DNA from: Lama guanicoe
Lineage: Eukaryota
NCBI GenBank assembly: GCA_013239625.1
Contig: MU056277.1
Span: forward strand, 1,528,076 to 1,592,075
Direction of reading: 5' to 3'
Length of the DNA stretch: 64,000 bases
Made by a program: the position numbers and the translations under genes. The notes under the pieces are model-generated. The model saw nothing but the letters and a program-made list of their open reading frames with translations, was not told the origin of the DNA and did not search any database. Positions 31,481-43,729 of this stretch are shown one piece after another (position 1 is the first letter of the stretch; each line of letters begins with the position of its first letter).

Positions 31481-34400
31481 TGAGAGACAGTTCCACGGCG
31501 TTGCCCGAGCACTGTCCTCCGCTCGCTGCAGAGCCCAGCCCCAGACATTGCAGTCTTTGTTGTAGGTCTGACCGGAAGCTTTGGCTGCTCTGAGAGCTTC
31601 AGTGACGTCAGTCCATTTGTGTCCCGAGGCCCAGACGGAGGGTGTCCAGGTCTCACTCTCACTGCTCTGGGTGGGGCCAGCTTAGCCTCCCTTTAAAGAG
31701 GGAACTGAGCTGGCCTGCCTGACACTGACCACATCTTCACTCTTCACTCCGCAGGCCCTGCCCTCGACCTCAGTGCCCGCATTGCAGCGTCCAGCTTTGT
31801 GGTCCCGGGCTGGTGACCCCTCAGCCACCCCCAGAGGCACCAGGGGCCAGGTGCCCCCAGCAGGTCTCCATCTTCCAGAAATGAAAGCATCTCCTCCCCA
31901 TCTCCCTTTGGTCCTCATCGGTACCCAGGTGCTGCCCGGACGTCTGGCTCCTCCCCGGGCTTCCTGACGTCGGCCTGAGAGCTTGCACGGCATCTGGTCC
32001 TCTGTGCCAGTGCGTGCTGGTCCCAGCCCGCTTCGGAGTGGGGTGGCTGCCCTGAGTGGGCTCTGCGCCCTCAAAAATCTGCCTTCTTTCCCCGACCGTG
32101 CTGTCACGAGCCCCCAGGAGGCCTCTCCCTGCACCCGGCTCCACACGGGCAGTGTCCCTGAAGCTCCCGAGAGCAAGTCACCCCCCTTTTCATCATGCTG
32201 TTTTGTTATTTTCCCTTCACTCCTTTGTTTAAGGACTACAGAGACAAAGAAGGATGCTCAGACAGAGCCGTGAAAGGGGAAACCACATCAAAGGGCTCAC
32301 CTGGTCCACGTGTATAAGCACTGCCCGGCCCAGTAGAGGGGCCACCCTCAACCCTCCCTGAAGAGCTCACATGTGTCCACGATCGCAGGACCCGTGGAAG
32401 TCACTGTGGGACCGTGGTCATGGTTCACGTGACGGCGACACAAGGGAGCAAAAATGAGCTCACGAAACTCGAGTGTTTAGTTGGCTAAGGCAAGTCTGGC
32501 CTCTTCCAGGATGAAACGCTGGCTCTGGAATCATCTCTGCGAAAGCCCATTGTTTTCCTTTAGAACAAGACAACGTGCTTGTAAATAACTGAGTTATGCG
32601 GTTACGAGAGGCAGGTTTTGTCATTCTCTCACAGTGTGACCTCGGTCTTCTGCAGACCCAATGACGGGCATGGGGACAGACGTGGAGGAGGCCTTCCGCT
32701 GGACGCTGTGAGGGCCGGGCTCTGTGGGGGAAGCAGGCGGGCACGCGGCGTGAAGGCCTCCCGGCCCGGGTGGAGGCAGGGCCGTCTGGAGATGCAGGGC
32801 GCCCTGAGGTCTCTGTCAGAGCACCTTCCACAGGGGAAGCTGCCAGTGACAGACAGACCACAACGCCCTTGGAAGGCAGGACCTGCCACGGACATTCTGA
32901 CGTTTCTGGGGCTGACTGTCCACGGAGAGCGGCCAGGAGGGAACGAAGTATCCACCAGGCTGGAACTCACTGCATGACATGAATCGAGCGTCTGTTTGCA
33001 CAAAATGGAGACACTGTTGTTTGAAGGAACAGATGTCATCAAAACTTGTGGACTGTTGCTCGTCGGGAAATTGCCCGGTGCCCGGACGATCCGAGAAGAG
33101 ATGGAAACAGGATGTGGTGAAGACGTGGAGGCTGGGTGCCCTGCAGGAATGTTCTGGAATGGAAGGCACCACCAGCTGCCCCCAGCTTCGACCACGGCCA
33201 CATCTTCCCCTTTCTCCCACCAGCGCTTCAGAGCCACGTTTCCTTCTCCTGTACCTGGTGAATGTCTGCAGGCCCCCTCTGAGCTCACTCCCTGAAGAGG
33301 GCCGAGCACTATCAGTGGCTCTTAAGACGGGGTGACTCCTGCTAAAATCAGAGGGAACAGGGAAAATGTGCTTAACAGCCCAGTGACCACACACAGCTGA
33401 GCCTTGCCGCCGTCCTATCGACCTCTCAACCCAGGAACAATTAACCCAGGGTCAGCACACCACCCAGGGTCCCTTCGGATTTGGATTACAAATTGCAGTC
33501 ATCTGAGAGCGGAGGCGATGGGCTCGGTCTCCGACGTGCTCCGCAGACGAGGGCTTGCGGACAACGTACGCCCGCCCCAGCGACTTGTCCTCGGCCAGGT
33601 AAGAGAGTGCACGCCTCCTGCCTCTGCTGGGAAGTGGCGGTTTCGTCAGGAGGACATGCTGGGGGCGGGGGGGGGTCCTGAAGGAGGCTCACTTCTGTAA
33701 AGACAGTCGTGTGTTCGTGGCCGATGGGGTTTCATCTCCGGGATTCGTGGGTTGTCACTGCCGTTTCCTGCTCCTAGAGATCTCCTCTGTTTTCGGAGGA
33801 GGAGACCTCGATGTGGAGTAGACTAGCCCGGACCCGTGCATCCTAATCTGTAGAGGGGAGCAGCCACTTCATATTCTTGCTTCATGATTTAAAAAGGTGG
33901 GGGTGCTGGAAATAGACAAGGAAAAGCACTGTTAGAATCAGGAAGATTGGGGTCGGGAGGAACGGTATAAATTGAGGAAGGGACGGATGAGGAGCTGGGG
34001 TGGTTTTTCATGGTGAGGCATTTGCTGAATCTTCGCCAGGACACACAAGAGATGCAGAGCTGTGTGGACAGAGGCTTCTGAGAGGCTGCTGTGTCAGAGC
34101 GGCTGGGGGTCGGGCTGGAGTTCAGGGTCCACTGAGGGGGAGAAGGGTAAACACTGCAGGTCGTTCCAGGTCACCCTCTCTGAGGGAGCTCGGGGGACCC
34201 TCAGCAGGACTCCGCCGTGCACGGGCACCCCAAGGTGGGTGAAGGGAAGAGTAAACCTGGGGGCGGGCGGGGGGAATCCCCTCCAGGCGTCCAGCTACAC
34301 ACGTGCTCAGACAGACCCGGAGCGGCGCCGCCCGCTGGTCGAAGCTGAGGGCAGGTCACTCTGGCTGCTGCCTGTGTCCCTGGCACCCACCCAAGAGCCA

Positions 34401-35437
34401 CTTCGTGCACTTGACCTTGCCCATCACAGTTCTCTGCTGGGAGTTCAGCACAGTTCCCAGGATGCCTGGATTTTCTGAGAGCGTCCCCGGCTCACCGGTG
34501 TGCATCTGAGCGAGACCAGCCCCACGGCGTTGCTGAAAGCAAGACCTGGGGTGGAGGCCTCTGACCGCCTGGCTGAGGCCAGAGTAAACCAGGGACCTAG
34601 ACACCCCAAGCTGTAGAAATAATGCACAAGGCAGACTCTGAGAAGGTATCCTCGAAGGGGTTATGAGTTCTCAGTGATAATTTGAAAGCCGGGCGACGCC
34701 AGGCGGAAGCGGGGCTGCGGAGGCTGGGGTCGAGCGGGGCTCTCAGGCAGGACGGGAGGCGCCGTCAGGGCGAGAGCCCACCTTTCCCGGCGGCAGGGCG
34801 CACCGTGAGCGTGCGGCTGGCTCTGACCTGGGGCGAACCACCGTCTGCGTCACTCTCCTGCCGCTGCGGGCCCCGCCACGCACGGGAAACTGGCGCTTCT
34901 AAAGACTCAAGCGCTCGCAGGAGGTCCGCGGCCAGACGGAGCAGAGGCAGCTCTGGTGACGCCGATGCTCCCGCCCCTCCCCACGGCCACCCGCCGCTGG
35001 CCCCAGCCTGCTGGGAGGGGTGGCGACTCCGTGAGCGTCTGGCGTGAACAGGAGCAGAGGAAGACGCACACCTGTCGGTTGTTTCAAGGTCCAGCAATGA
35101 AAGAACACTTCTCAGGCGTCAGAGACACGTATTTGAATTGGGAAGACCACAACTGGAAAATGTAGCTCAGATTCACGCGCTAAGGCTTATTTTGAAGTCA
35201 AAAAGGAAAGAAAGCCTCAAGAAAGCAGGCGTGCCGTAATACAACTTATACACGATGCCCAGCTGTTTACGTGCATGTACGTGCTGGGAGATGCTGCCGC
35301 TGGGGAGAGACACAGCTGCTCCTTCCAGGGGGAGAAGCGATGCACTCAAAGTGTCGACAGAGCTCAGTGAAGGATAGAAAGTCACTTAACGCAGGCAAAT
35401 GACGCAGTTCTGTAGCCAGTGTGTGCACAGAACAGTA

Positions 35438-35593
35438 NNNNNNNNNNNNNNNNNNNNNNNNNNNNNNNNNNNNNNNNNNNNNNNNNNNNNNNNNNNNNNN
35501 NNNNNNNNNNNNNNNNNNNNNNNNNNNNNNNNNNNNNNNNNNNNNNNNNNNNNNNNNNNNNNNNNNNNNNNNNNNNNNNNNNNNNNNNNNNNN
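35438..35593. other. Assembly gap (156 N)
   Basis: Run of N. Confidence 1.
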
Positions 35594-35887
35594 CTGGCTC
35601 TCGGGAGCATGCAGGCTGAGAGGCCGCAAACCCAGGAGACCGGGTGGTGTAGTTCCCTGTCCAGGGATGGGAGAGACCGACGTCAGCTCCGTCGTCAGGC
35701 GGAAGAGCGGTAAGTTCTTCTTCCTCCAGCCTTCAGCAGGTTGGCTGGTACCCCAGCCCCAACACTGGAAGGACAATCGGCTTTACTGAGTCGCCAGTTC
35801 AGATGCTCATCTCACCAAAAAGTGGACTCACAGACATACCATGCAGCCTGGGTCCAGTCACAGTGTCACAGAAAATTCGCCGTCCCA
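35594..35887 (-). mobile_element. MLT2 (ERVL) LTR
   Basis: ggacaatcggctttactgagtc...ttcagatgctcatctca...ctcacagacatacc...ccagtcacagtgtcacagaaaatt matches the reverse complement of the MLT2 5' end. Confidence 0.75.
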
Positions 35888-36393
35888 GGGGGCCCCCCAC
35901 CGTGCCCACCGTGGGCTTTGTGCCCTCATGGACTCCTCTCCCTAGCTGCCTGCGGAATCGACACCAGGCCATGGCTCAGGGCTTCTAGCAAGATGAATGT
36001 GTCTGAAGATGTTCCCAAAACACCAGATTATTAATCACCTTTGTGCCTCTGGGCAGGAATGTGCCTGTGACAGGGCCAGGACTAGGGTTTCAATCTTGCT
36101 TGGCACGTTTCTGTATTTTTTCCGCCCTTCACAGTGAAGATGTCTTCAAGCATCACAGAGAGAGAGAAGATGTCCGGGTGCTGATGAACTGACCAGGTGA
36201 GCTGCGCCCCCGCGGAGTGACCGCGGGTGGGCTTGGCCACGTCTGCTCCTTGACTGGAGACGCCGTGGCATCGTTACCGCTCAGTCTCCATCTGCTGCAA
36301 AGACTGCTCTGACCTTCTGAATGCTGAGAGGTTTGAAAGACTGGTTTAAATTCCTAAGATCTGGTAGGAAATGAAGAAAAGACTCGTCTGGAT

Positions 36394-36555
36394 CAGCACT
36401 TCTCCAACTCATGCAATTCCTGGGCATCTTCTTGATATGCAGAGAGTGGGTCAGTGGGTCTGAGATGAGTCCAAGATTCAGCATTTGACAAGCGCCCAGG
36501 CGATGCTGGCGCGGATGCCGCGGGCTGGTGGGCCTCACCTTGGGTGTCGGGGCAC
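36394..36555 (+). mobile_element. MER5A-like hAT MITE
   Basis: tcagtgggtctgagatgagtccaagattcagcatttgacaagcgcccaggcgatgctg. Confidence 0.7.
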
Positions 36556-38482
36556 AAGGGGGAACATCCAGGTGTGATACTCGAGATCTGGGGGCTACAG
36601 CAGCCGCGCTGCTCCCAGGGCAGAGTTCCTGGTTGCCGGTAGAACTGCAGCAGGGGCAAGAGGAAGACAGACCCGTGGGCAGCGCCAAACGAACACCTTG
36701 CATGAACTCGCGGGCTGCTGGCGTGGGTGGGGCTCTGGTCCCCAAGCAGCACCGGCGCCTTGTGTCCGTGGAGCGTCGGCTTTCTTGTCTGAGGGGAGGG
36801 TGCTGGCTTTGCTCCTCTCTGAGGTTTGTTCGGCCCTGGCGCTGGTTTCTCCGACCGAGGTGGAGCTGCTCCATTACCGCGTGGGAGGTCAGACGGCCGT
36901 GCGAGGTGAACAGGGCTGAACGCGAAGGCGTTCCCTACGCCGAAGGGTGGCCAGGTGCTGCGATCTGAATTTGCATGTTTGCCTGCTGTCCTCCAGGGCA
37001 ATCTGAAGCATCACGGCTGTGTTCGCGCCGGTCGCGCGCTGCACGGCACGGTCCAGACTCTGTCTGCCACGCGGGGCGAAGAGTCTCGTCGGCCAGCGCC
37101 ACGGGGTTGGCCTGTCGTTGCTGAGCCTCCAAACCCCTGAAAAGCCTCATCAGCCGGGAGGAAGTCGGGAAGCTCCGGATGCCCCGTGGAGCCACTGCAG
37201 TGGGCTGGTGGCGGCCCGTTCTCCCCGGACCTGCCGGCCCAGGGGCAGCGCTCTCGCCAGACGTCCAACTCCCGGCCCCCCAGGCCCCCGCCTGCCAGGC
37301 AGCAGCCTGCTGGGGCCCCCGCCCCAATCTGGCTTGGTGGAAATAAACGGAGACCAACCGGACGAAAGCAGGTGAAGTCTGCTCCAGGCTTGCTGTAGCG
37401 GGCAGCCGCTCCAGCGCTGTGTCTGGGGAGGCCCGGGGCGGGGGGTCAGCGGGAGAGCGCCCGGTGGAGAGGGGCTCGGTGTCCTGATGAGGCTCCTGGC
37501 CCGGGGGCCCGGGGCCGTTCATTAGAGCGGGCACCCCGTATGCGGGCTGAAGGGAGCACGTGTGATGTCCCGTGGCCAGTCCCGCAGTGGAAGCAGGGAC
37601 CCCCGCTTGGGAAGCGTGAGGGATCGACGAAGCCCTGGCCGCGTGGGGCAGTCGTTGCAGGTGTCGACGTTACCAGAGACCAGGGCCTGCGTCCTCCGCG
37701 TCGGACCAGTGGGGAGAGGCTGCTTCCTCTCCCCACCTACAGTCGGACCTACAGGCAGAGGCTGCCTCCTGGGCCGGCCCCATCTGCCAGAGGTTGGCCT
37801 CTTGGACCGGCTGCTGCAGGGTGCGGGTCCGAGTTCTGAGCTGACCGCTTGTATATTCAGCCTCTCCGCTTACGATGTGGCTGGTGAGGTGACGTCTTCC
37901 CAGAGCTTTAAGGGAGTCAAGGTGGCTCCTGGTTCAGTGAAGGCATAAAAATGTTTTTTTAGAGCAAGATCCAAGCAGAGGGGGGCTGTGTTTCGTTCTA
38001 ATGGAAAAGAAGCTTCCCTAACGGATCGGGTGTCACCCCCATAAGAAGGCGACAGAAGTCCGTGAGAACAGAGGACAGTGTGCCCGGCTCCAAGGGGGAG
38101 ACGAGGGGCGCCCAGGCCTGCCCCACTTCCGCTACGCAGACCCCACAGTTCCCAAGCAAATTCTGACTGCTGATGTGACCTTCAGCCATCACGGAGCTTT
38201 GGAGAGGGTGGACAGGGATGCCCAAGCTCCTGCAGGTGACCCCACGCACTCATGACAGATGTGTGGCTCCGGGGCTCCTGTTGTCACTGTGAGACGGGGT
38301 CGCCTTAGGGCTGGTGGATGAAACCAGGTTTGTGGACGTGCAGAGTGGAGGACCAGACAGATCCTTCCCCACAGAGACTTGGTCTGGCTGGTCCCTGGGG
38401 TGGCCACCCGGATGGCCTCTCTCCCTGGTGCCATTTTAGCCGAACCACGACCTCTTCTGGGGTCAGCACAGCGCTGTTCCGT

Positions 38483-38700
38483 CAGTGCTGTACCAGGGCA
38501 TACCGGAGCTTGAGGGAAAAGGGAAAATCAGTAGTACCACTTCGTTTTTATTTGAATTTTAATATTTTGTTTCTTATGGATTTTATGTTAACTTTGATTT
38601 ATTGAAGCATGGCGTTAACGTATTCTTTATCGGCATTTCTGGTGCATCCTGACATTTTGTACCCAAGGTGAGAGCACTCAGCCCTCCTTCCAGTGCCCTG
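38483..38700 (-). mobile_element. ORSL-like hAT-Tip100 MITE, full length
   Basis: cagtgctgt...ggaaaatcagtagtac...attttgtacccaaggtgag...gccctg is collinear with the recalled consensus, and both ends are present. Confidence 0.65.
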
Positions 38701-39429
38701 GAGACCCATGGCGGCCCCGATCTCTTCCACTGCCATCCTGCCTTCTTTTACTTCACTCGTTGCAAAGCTGGTCGCTCAGCTGAGTCTTACTGCGAGGGAG
38801 AGCGCGTAGCGGACCAGCCATTGTAAGCGTATGAGGGGACACAAATTGAGGAGGGCAGGGGAGCTCCAAGTTTTGGGTGTAACAACCACGAGAGACCAGG
38901 TGACTGTCCTGTTATTGCAGGTAGAATGCCTGCCTGATTCTGAGGCTGGGCAGCCCATGAGGCTGCCAAGCAGGGTTCCAGGCTCAGTGGACCCTGCTTG
39001 CAGACGAGACCAGGCGAGATGGAGGAGACTCTGTGAGCTCAGGGGGTGGTCATTTTATCCGCTTGCGACCTCAGTGCTTAATGCACGGAAGATGCTCATC
39101 CACGTGAACTGACTTCCTTCTTTTCCGTCTGGCTTGCCCGTGTGGACAGTGACATTATCAACAGAGGCATCTTGGATATAGGATGCAGCATGAAAAACTG
39201 AGGATGCAGCTGGTGAATGTGATCATTAAGTCCCTGGAGTTGAGAAACCTGTAGCAAGGAGCTGCCCCGGTGGGTACCTGTCTGCAAGTGGCATCGACCC
39301 CTTGGACAGGCCACTCTCATGCACGGCTGTTTCAGGAGCTCTCGCTGTACGTGGAGGACCCTAGTGGGCAGGTGTGAGGGTGGGGTCCTCTGCCCCGTCC
39401 AAAGAACACTCCAAAGCTCACAGCAGGTG

Positions 39430-39575
39430 TAGGGTCCGTCAGGCTGCGAACAAAGTCCAGGGCTCCTACTGAAATTTGAACTTCAGATGAACAACGAATA
39501 CCCTTTTTACTATAAATACATCCCACATCGTGCTTGGGCAGCCTACGTTTTTATCTGCTAACTCTGGAAACCCTA
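39430..39575. mobile_element. MER53 hAT MITE with internal deletion
   Basis: Termini tagggt...ctggaaacccta; internal aaatttgaacttcagatgaacaacgaata. Confidence 0.75.
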
Positions 39576-40046
39576 AATCTCAAAGCTCTGGCAGCTGAAA
39601 ACTGCAGACAGAATCATCACATCACCGGTGAGAGGCTGCTTGGGGCCATCGAGGGCGTGACACTCCCCTTCCCATCGTGGCCCCCTTGAAGCCCGGTGAG
39701 CTGTGGCCGCTTGGGTCCAGGTCTTTGTAAATCCCTAAGAAACATGTCGGTGTCGGAGGAGGCGGGAGGTAGGGGCGTTGTAGAGGAGAGGGGGAGCGGT
39801 GATTAAGGGGTGGTGGGACTGTGTGATTTATGGTTTATGAGCAGAGATTTAAAGAGCTGGATAACGTTTCCCTTAATTGTGCAAAGACAGATTATTCAAA
39901 GACGAGCGACAGAGATGAATGCCTGTAAATATCTTTCTGGGCAAAAGCATCAAAGGTGATTAAACTCTGCTGGAATTAGGGACAATGGGACAGTGTTAAG
40001 GAAAAAAAAGTTCTTAAGATAGATGGTTTTCTCTGAAAACACTGCA

Positions 40047-40108
40047 CCCCGCTCACGGCATGCCCTGCCTGCCGCGCGTCCCCGCTCTCGGCACGCCCTG
40101 CCTGCGGC
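40047..40108. repeat. Tandem duplication, 33-bp period, about 1.9 copies
   Basis: ccccgctc(a/t)cggca(t/c)gccctgcctgc(c/g)gc at 40047 and 40080. Confidence 0.85.
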
Positions 40109-40735
40109 CTCGGTCTCTGGCACCGTCCTGCTCTTGTTCTTCCGCTGTTTTCCTCGTTGTGAACACACATTCCAGTCCTCTGGGATTCGGGGGGACCAGG
40201 AGTTGGTGAAGGAAGGAGGCTTTAAGGATGTTTCTGTTTCTGAGACACTGGGTAACTCAGTGTGTTAGGTGATGCAGAGAATAAAAGAGGATAAAAAGCA
40301 CCATCTGAAAGAGGGGCGGGCAGGCTCAAAGCTGCGGGGTCGTTAAGGTTGGCCCGAGGCCCACGTGGTTTTGGAGACTCCAGGGAAGAACCAGCAAACT
40401 TGACTTGGGCGAGTTTGTGCCTTGAGGGTTCTGAATACATGGCGATGGTTGTGGAGACCCGTTTGCACACTATTCAGGCATGGATTTGAAGCTCAAGCCT
40501 TACACGGCCCAAAGGAAAGAGTGGAGGGAGGCCCCCCTCCTCGTGAACGAGCCCTGCCAGAGCCAGCAGCCCGGCTGACCAGCACTGCTCACGGGGGCGG
40601 TCCCGGGAAGAAGGCCGCTCGCTGCTGTTGGGGACGAAGGCAGAGAGGTCCAGGAAAGCGGGGGCTCTGTTCCTGATGACACGCGTAGACGGCTGGGACC
40701 CATGCTCGTGCAGTGAAAGCTCAAATGAGCAATTT

Positions 40736-41467
40736 CCTGTGTATATATATTTTATTGAAATACAGCCAGCTTACAATGTTGTGTCAATTTCTGGTGTACA
40801 GCATAATGTTTCAGTCATACATGAACATACGTATATTCGCTTTCATATTTTTCACCATAAGTTGCTTCAAGATATTAAATATAGTTCCCTGCTCTTTACA
40901 GTATAAACTTGTTTATTTTATATACAGTAGTTAGTATCTGCAAATCTTGAACTAATTTATCTCTTCCCACCCCCTTCTGCCCCTGATAACCACAGGTTTG
41001 TTTTCTATGTCTGTGAGTCTGTTTCTGTTTTGTAAATAAATTTGTTTGTCTTTTTTTTTAGATTCCACATATGAGTGATATTGTATGATATTTTTCTTTC
41101 TCCTTCTGGCTTACTTCACTTAGAATGACAGTCTCCAGGTCCATCCATGTTGTTGCAAATGGCATTATCTTATTCTTTTTTAGGGCTGAGTAGTATTTTA
41201 TTTTATAAATATACCACAACTTCTATATCCAGTCATCTGTCAGTGGACACTTAGCTTGTTTCCATGTCTCAGCTGCTGTAAATAGTGCTGCTGTGAACAT
41301 TGGGGTGCAGGTGTCTTTTTGAATTAAGACTTCCTCTGGATACATGCCCGGGGTGGGACTGCTGGATCATGTGGTAAGTCTGTTTTTAGTCTTTTGAGGA
41401 ATCTCCACACTGTTTTCCAGAACGGCTGCACCAAACGGCATTCGCACCAGCGGTGTCGGAGGGTTCC
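40736..41467 (-). mobile_element. 5'-truncated camelid-type L1 with TSD
   Basis: Well-preserved L1 3' UTR and ORF2 end. TSD ctcaaatgagc(aa/gg)ttt at 40720-40735 and 41468-41483. Confidence 0.93.
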
Positions 41468-42984
41468 CTCAAATGAGCGGTTTTGACTTGGGGCGTGTGC
41501 CCGTTACTGCGTGCTGTTGGGGATGTGGAGGGGTGTGAGCACTGGGGAGTGGAAATGCGGGTCTGCCCATTACAAATCGGTCAGACCTACCTTGAGAAAA
41601 AGAAACCCATCACCAAGCTGTCATGACACACGACTCAGTGGATTTAGTGAGTCTGGGGACAGGCTAGCACAACCCCTTCCTACCTCTCAGCCTGAGGGAT
41701 GTTTGCTTCCACAACGTTCGTCTTCCCCAAATCCACCACGTGCACCGAGTGGGCCTCCAGACGTGGAGAAGAGCTTTTGCGCCTTGTTTCCCAGCATGGC
41801 CTGCTGAGTCCCCGCGTCTCCCAGCGCCCAGGTGTGAGTCTGCTGAAAGGCGTCCCAGGGCTACAGCGTAATGCGTGTCCCTGACGGCGAGGTGTGAGGT
41901 GCGGAAACAGAATCTGTTTCATGGGAAGCACAGCGAGCCGTCCTCTGGGTGTAATGGGCTCGTGGGCGCAGCGCGATCTGTGACGTGTGTGCAGCAGTAG
42001 TCCTTCTCAGGACAGCTGGGACCGTCCTGGTCTCTTACTGACCGGGTGGTTTTGTTACTTGGCGCCTCTGTAGTTGAGCAGTTACAGTGGAAGCTTCAAG
42101 GCAAGAATGTATATTGATAATCACAGTTAAGTTTAGAAAAACCGAAGCCAAGTGAAAACAAACGGCTCCAACCCTAGAAGAAAACTCCTTGTCAGGTCCG
42201 TGCGGTCGCTGAGGCCCGCAGCTCGGGGGCCGCCCCGCACCCGGGGGAAGACCCAAGCGGGGAAGGAAGAGCGGCCGCCCGCACAGCCCCCCGGGCGACG
42301 GGGACGGTGCTTTTCATTGCATGCCTGATGTCTGAGAATACTAAGAAATGGCATTGCAAAGCCACCTTGTAGATGAGTCACAATTTGTGACTTTCTTCGG
42401 TATTGTCGTGCGGACAACCCCAGACTCTCAGACTTTTCCTTGGATGCCACCAGGTGCAGGGAGAAATGACAGTTGTACAGGTTGTAAGAGGGTCCAGAGG
42501 CGGCTGGCCTGGAAGCTGGAGGAAGGCAGCTCTGAGACCCGGCAGACTCCTGTCCCCTGGGAAGGGCTGAATCAGCCTGGAGGCCCGCGCCCAGGCTCGC
42601 AGGCATGTGGCGCAGAGCTCCGGCCGGAGACCGCTGTGCCTGCTGGGCGGGGAGCCCTTCTGCCCCTTCTGCGCCCAGGAAACTGCTCCAGGCACTTGCC
42701 AGGAAGAAGCCTTTTTTAAAACTTGAAGCAGCAGCACAAGAAGTGCTTGGCACAGTTCGTGCTCGGTGCCCAGAGCCCTCGGGAGAGGAGCTGGAGGTCG
42801 GCCTTGCCCGTGTCTTCTCTTTGTCGGGTATCTGAAGGTGTCTTAGCGCCTGTCCGGACCTGTCTGGTGGTGTGGCCCCTGTGGGCGCGCCCATCAGCTC
42901 TGCGTGTGTGGAAGGAAAGGCTCCCTTGATTGGTGGCCCGGACATTGTGCTTCTAGCAGAACCCGGGACCGGGACCCACAAGAC

Positions 42985-43125
42985 GCGGGTTTTCATTCTG
43001 CTCTGCCATCGATGGCTGTGTAACCCTGGGCAGGTCGCTTAACAATCTCTGAGCCTCAGTTTCTTTATAAATCAAAATGTTTGGACTTGATCTTTTCTCT
43101 CTCTTAACGCTTTACAGTTCTGTGT
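42985..43125 (+). mobile_element. MIR (MIR3-like)
   Basis: ggctgtgtaaccctgggcaggtcgcttaacaatctctgagcctcagtttc. Confidence 0.75.
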
Positions 43126-43139
43126 TTCATTGATATAAA

Positions 43140-43490
43140 AATTAAAAGAATGAAGTAATGCCCTTTGCAGCAGCATGGATGGACCTAGAGATTACCATAC
43201 TGAATGAGGTAAGTCAGAGACAGATACCATATGACATCACTTATGTGTGGAATCTAAGCCAAATGGCACAAAATAACTTATTTACAAAACAGAAATAGAC
43301 TCACAGACAGAAAACAAACTTATGGTTACCAGGGGAAAGGGGAGGGGAGGGATAAATTAGGAGTTTGGGAATCACCAGATACACACTACTATGCATAAAA
43401 TAGATAAACAAGGTCCTGCTGTACAGCACAGGGAACTATATTCAATATCTTGTAATAACCTATAATGATAAAAGACTATGAAAAAGAATC
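43140..43490 (+). mobile_element. L1 3' UTR fragment (camelid/artiodactyl type)
   Basis: aatgccctttgcagcagcatggatggacctagaga...acagcacagggaactatattcaatatcttgtaataacc. Confidence 0.92.
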
Positions 43491-43729
43491 TTTATAAATT
43501 GACCCTCAGCTCAGTACTTCTCTGACCGGAATCTGGGCCGGCTTTGCCTGGCCACTCTCTAGAACCAGAGTCTGAACACCATGGAGGCTCACTGCCGTGT
43601 TCCCGGTCCTCTGACCAGCCCCCGGGGCCGCATGTGAGCCCGAAGCAGGTATGTGCCTTGTGTCCCAGGCTGTGGAATTTGCACATGTGCACATGGGCTC
43701 CTAGAAAGCAAGGGACTCATCAGTGTTAA

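Noticed and set aside
35594-35715. Exon ending in CG|GTAAGT
   Set aside because: It lies within an antisense MLT2 LTR.
42133-42996. 287-aa ORF
   Set aside because: No recognisable domain, composition typical of GC-rich non-coding DNA, and overlapping ORFs on both strands.
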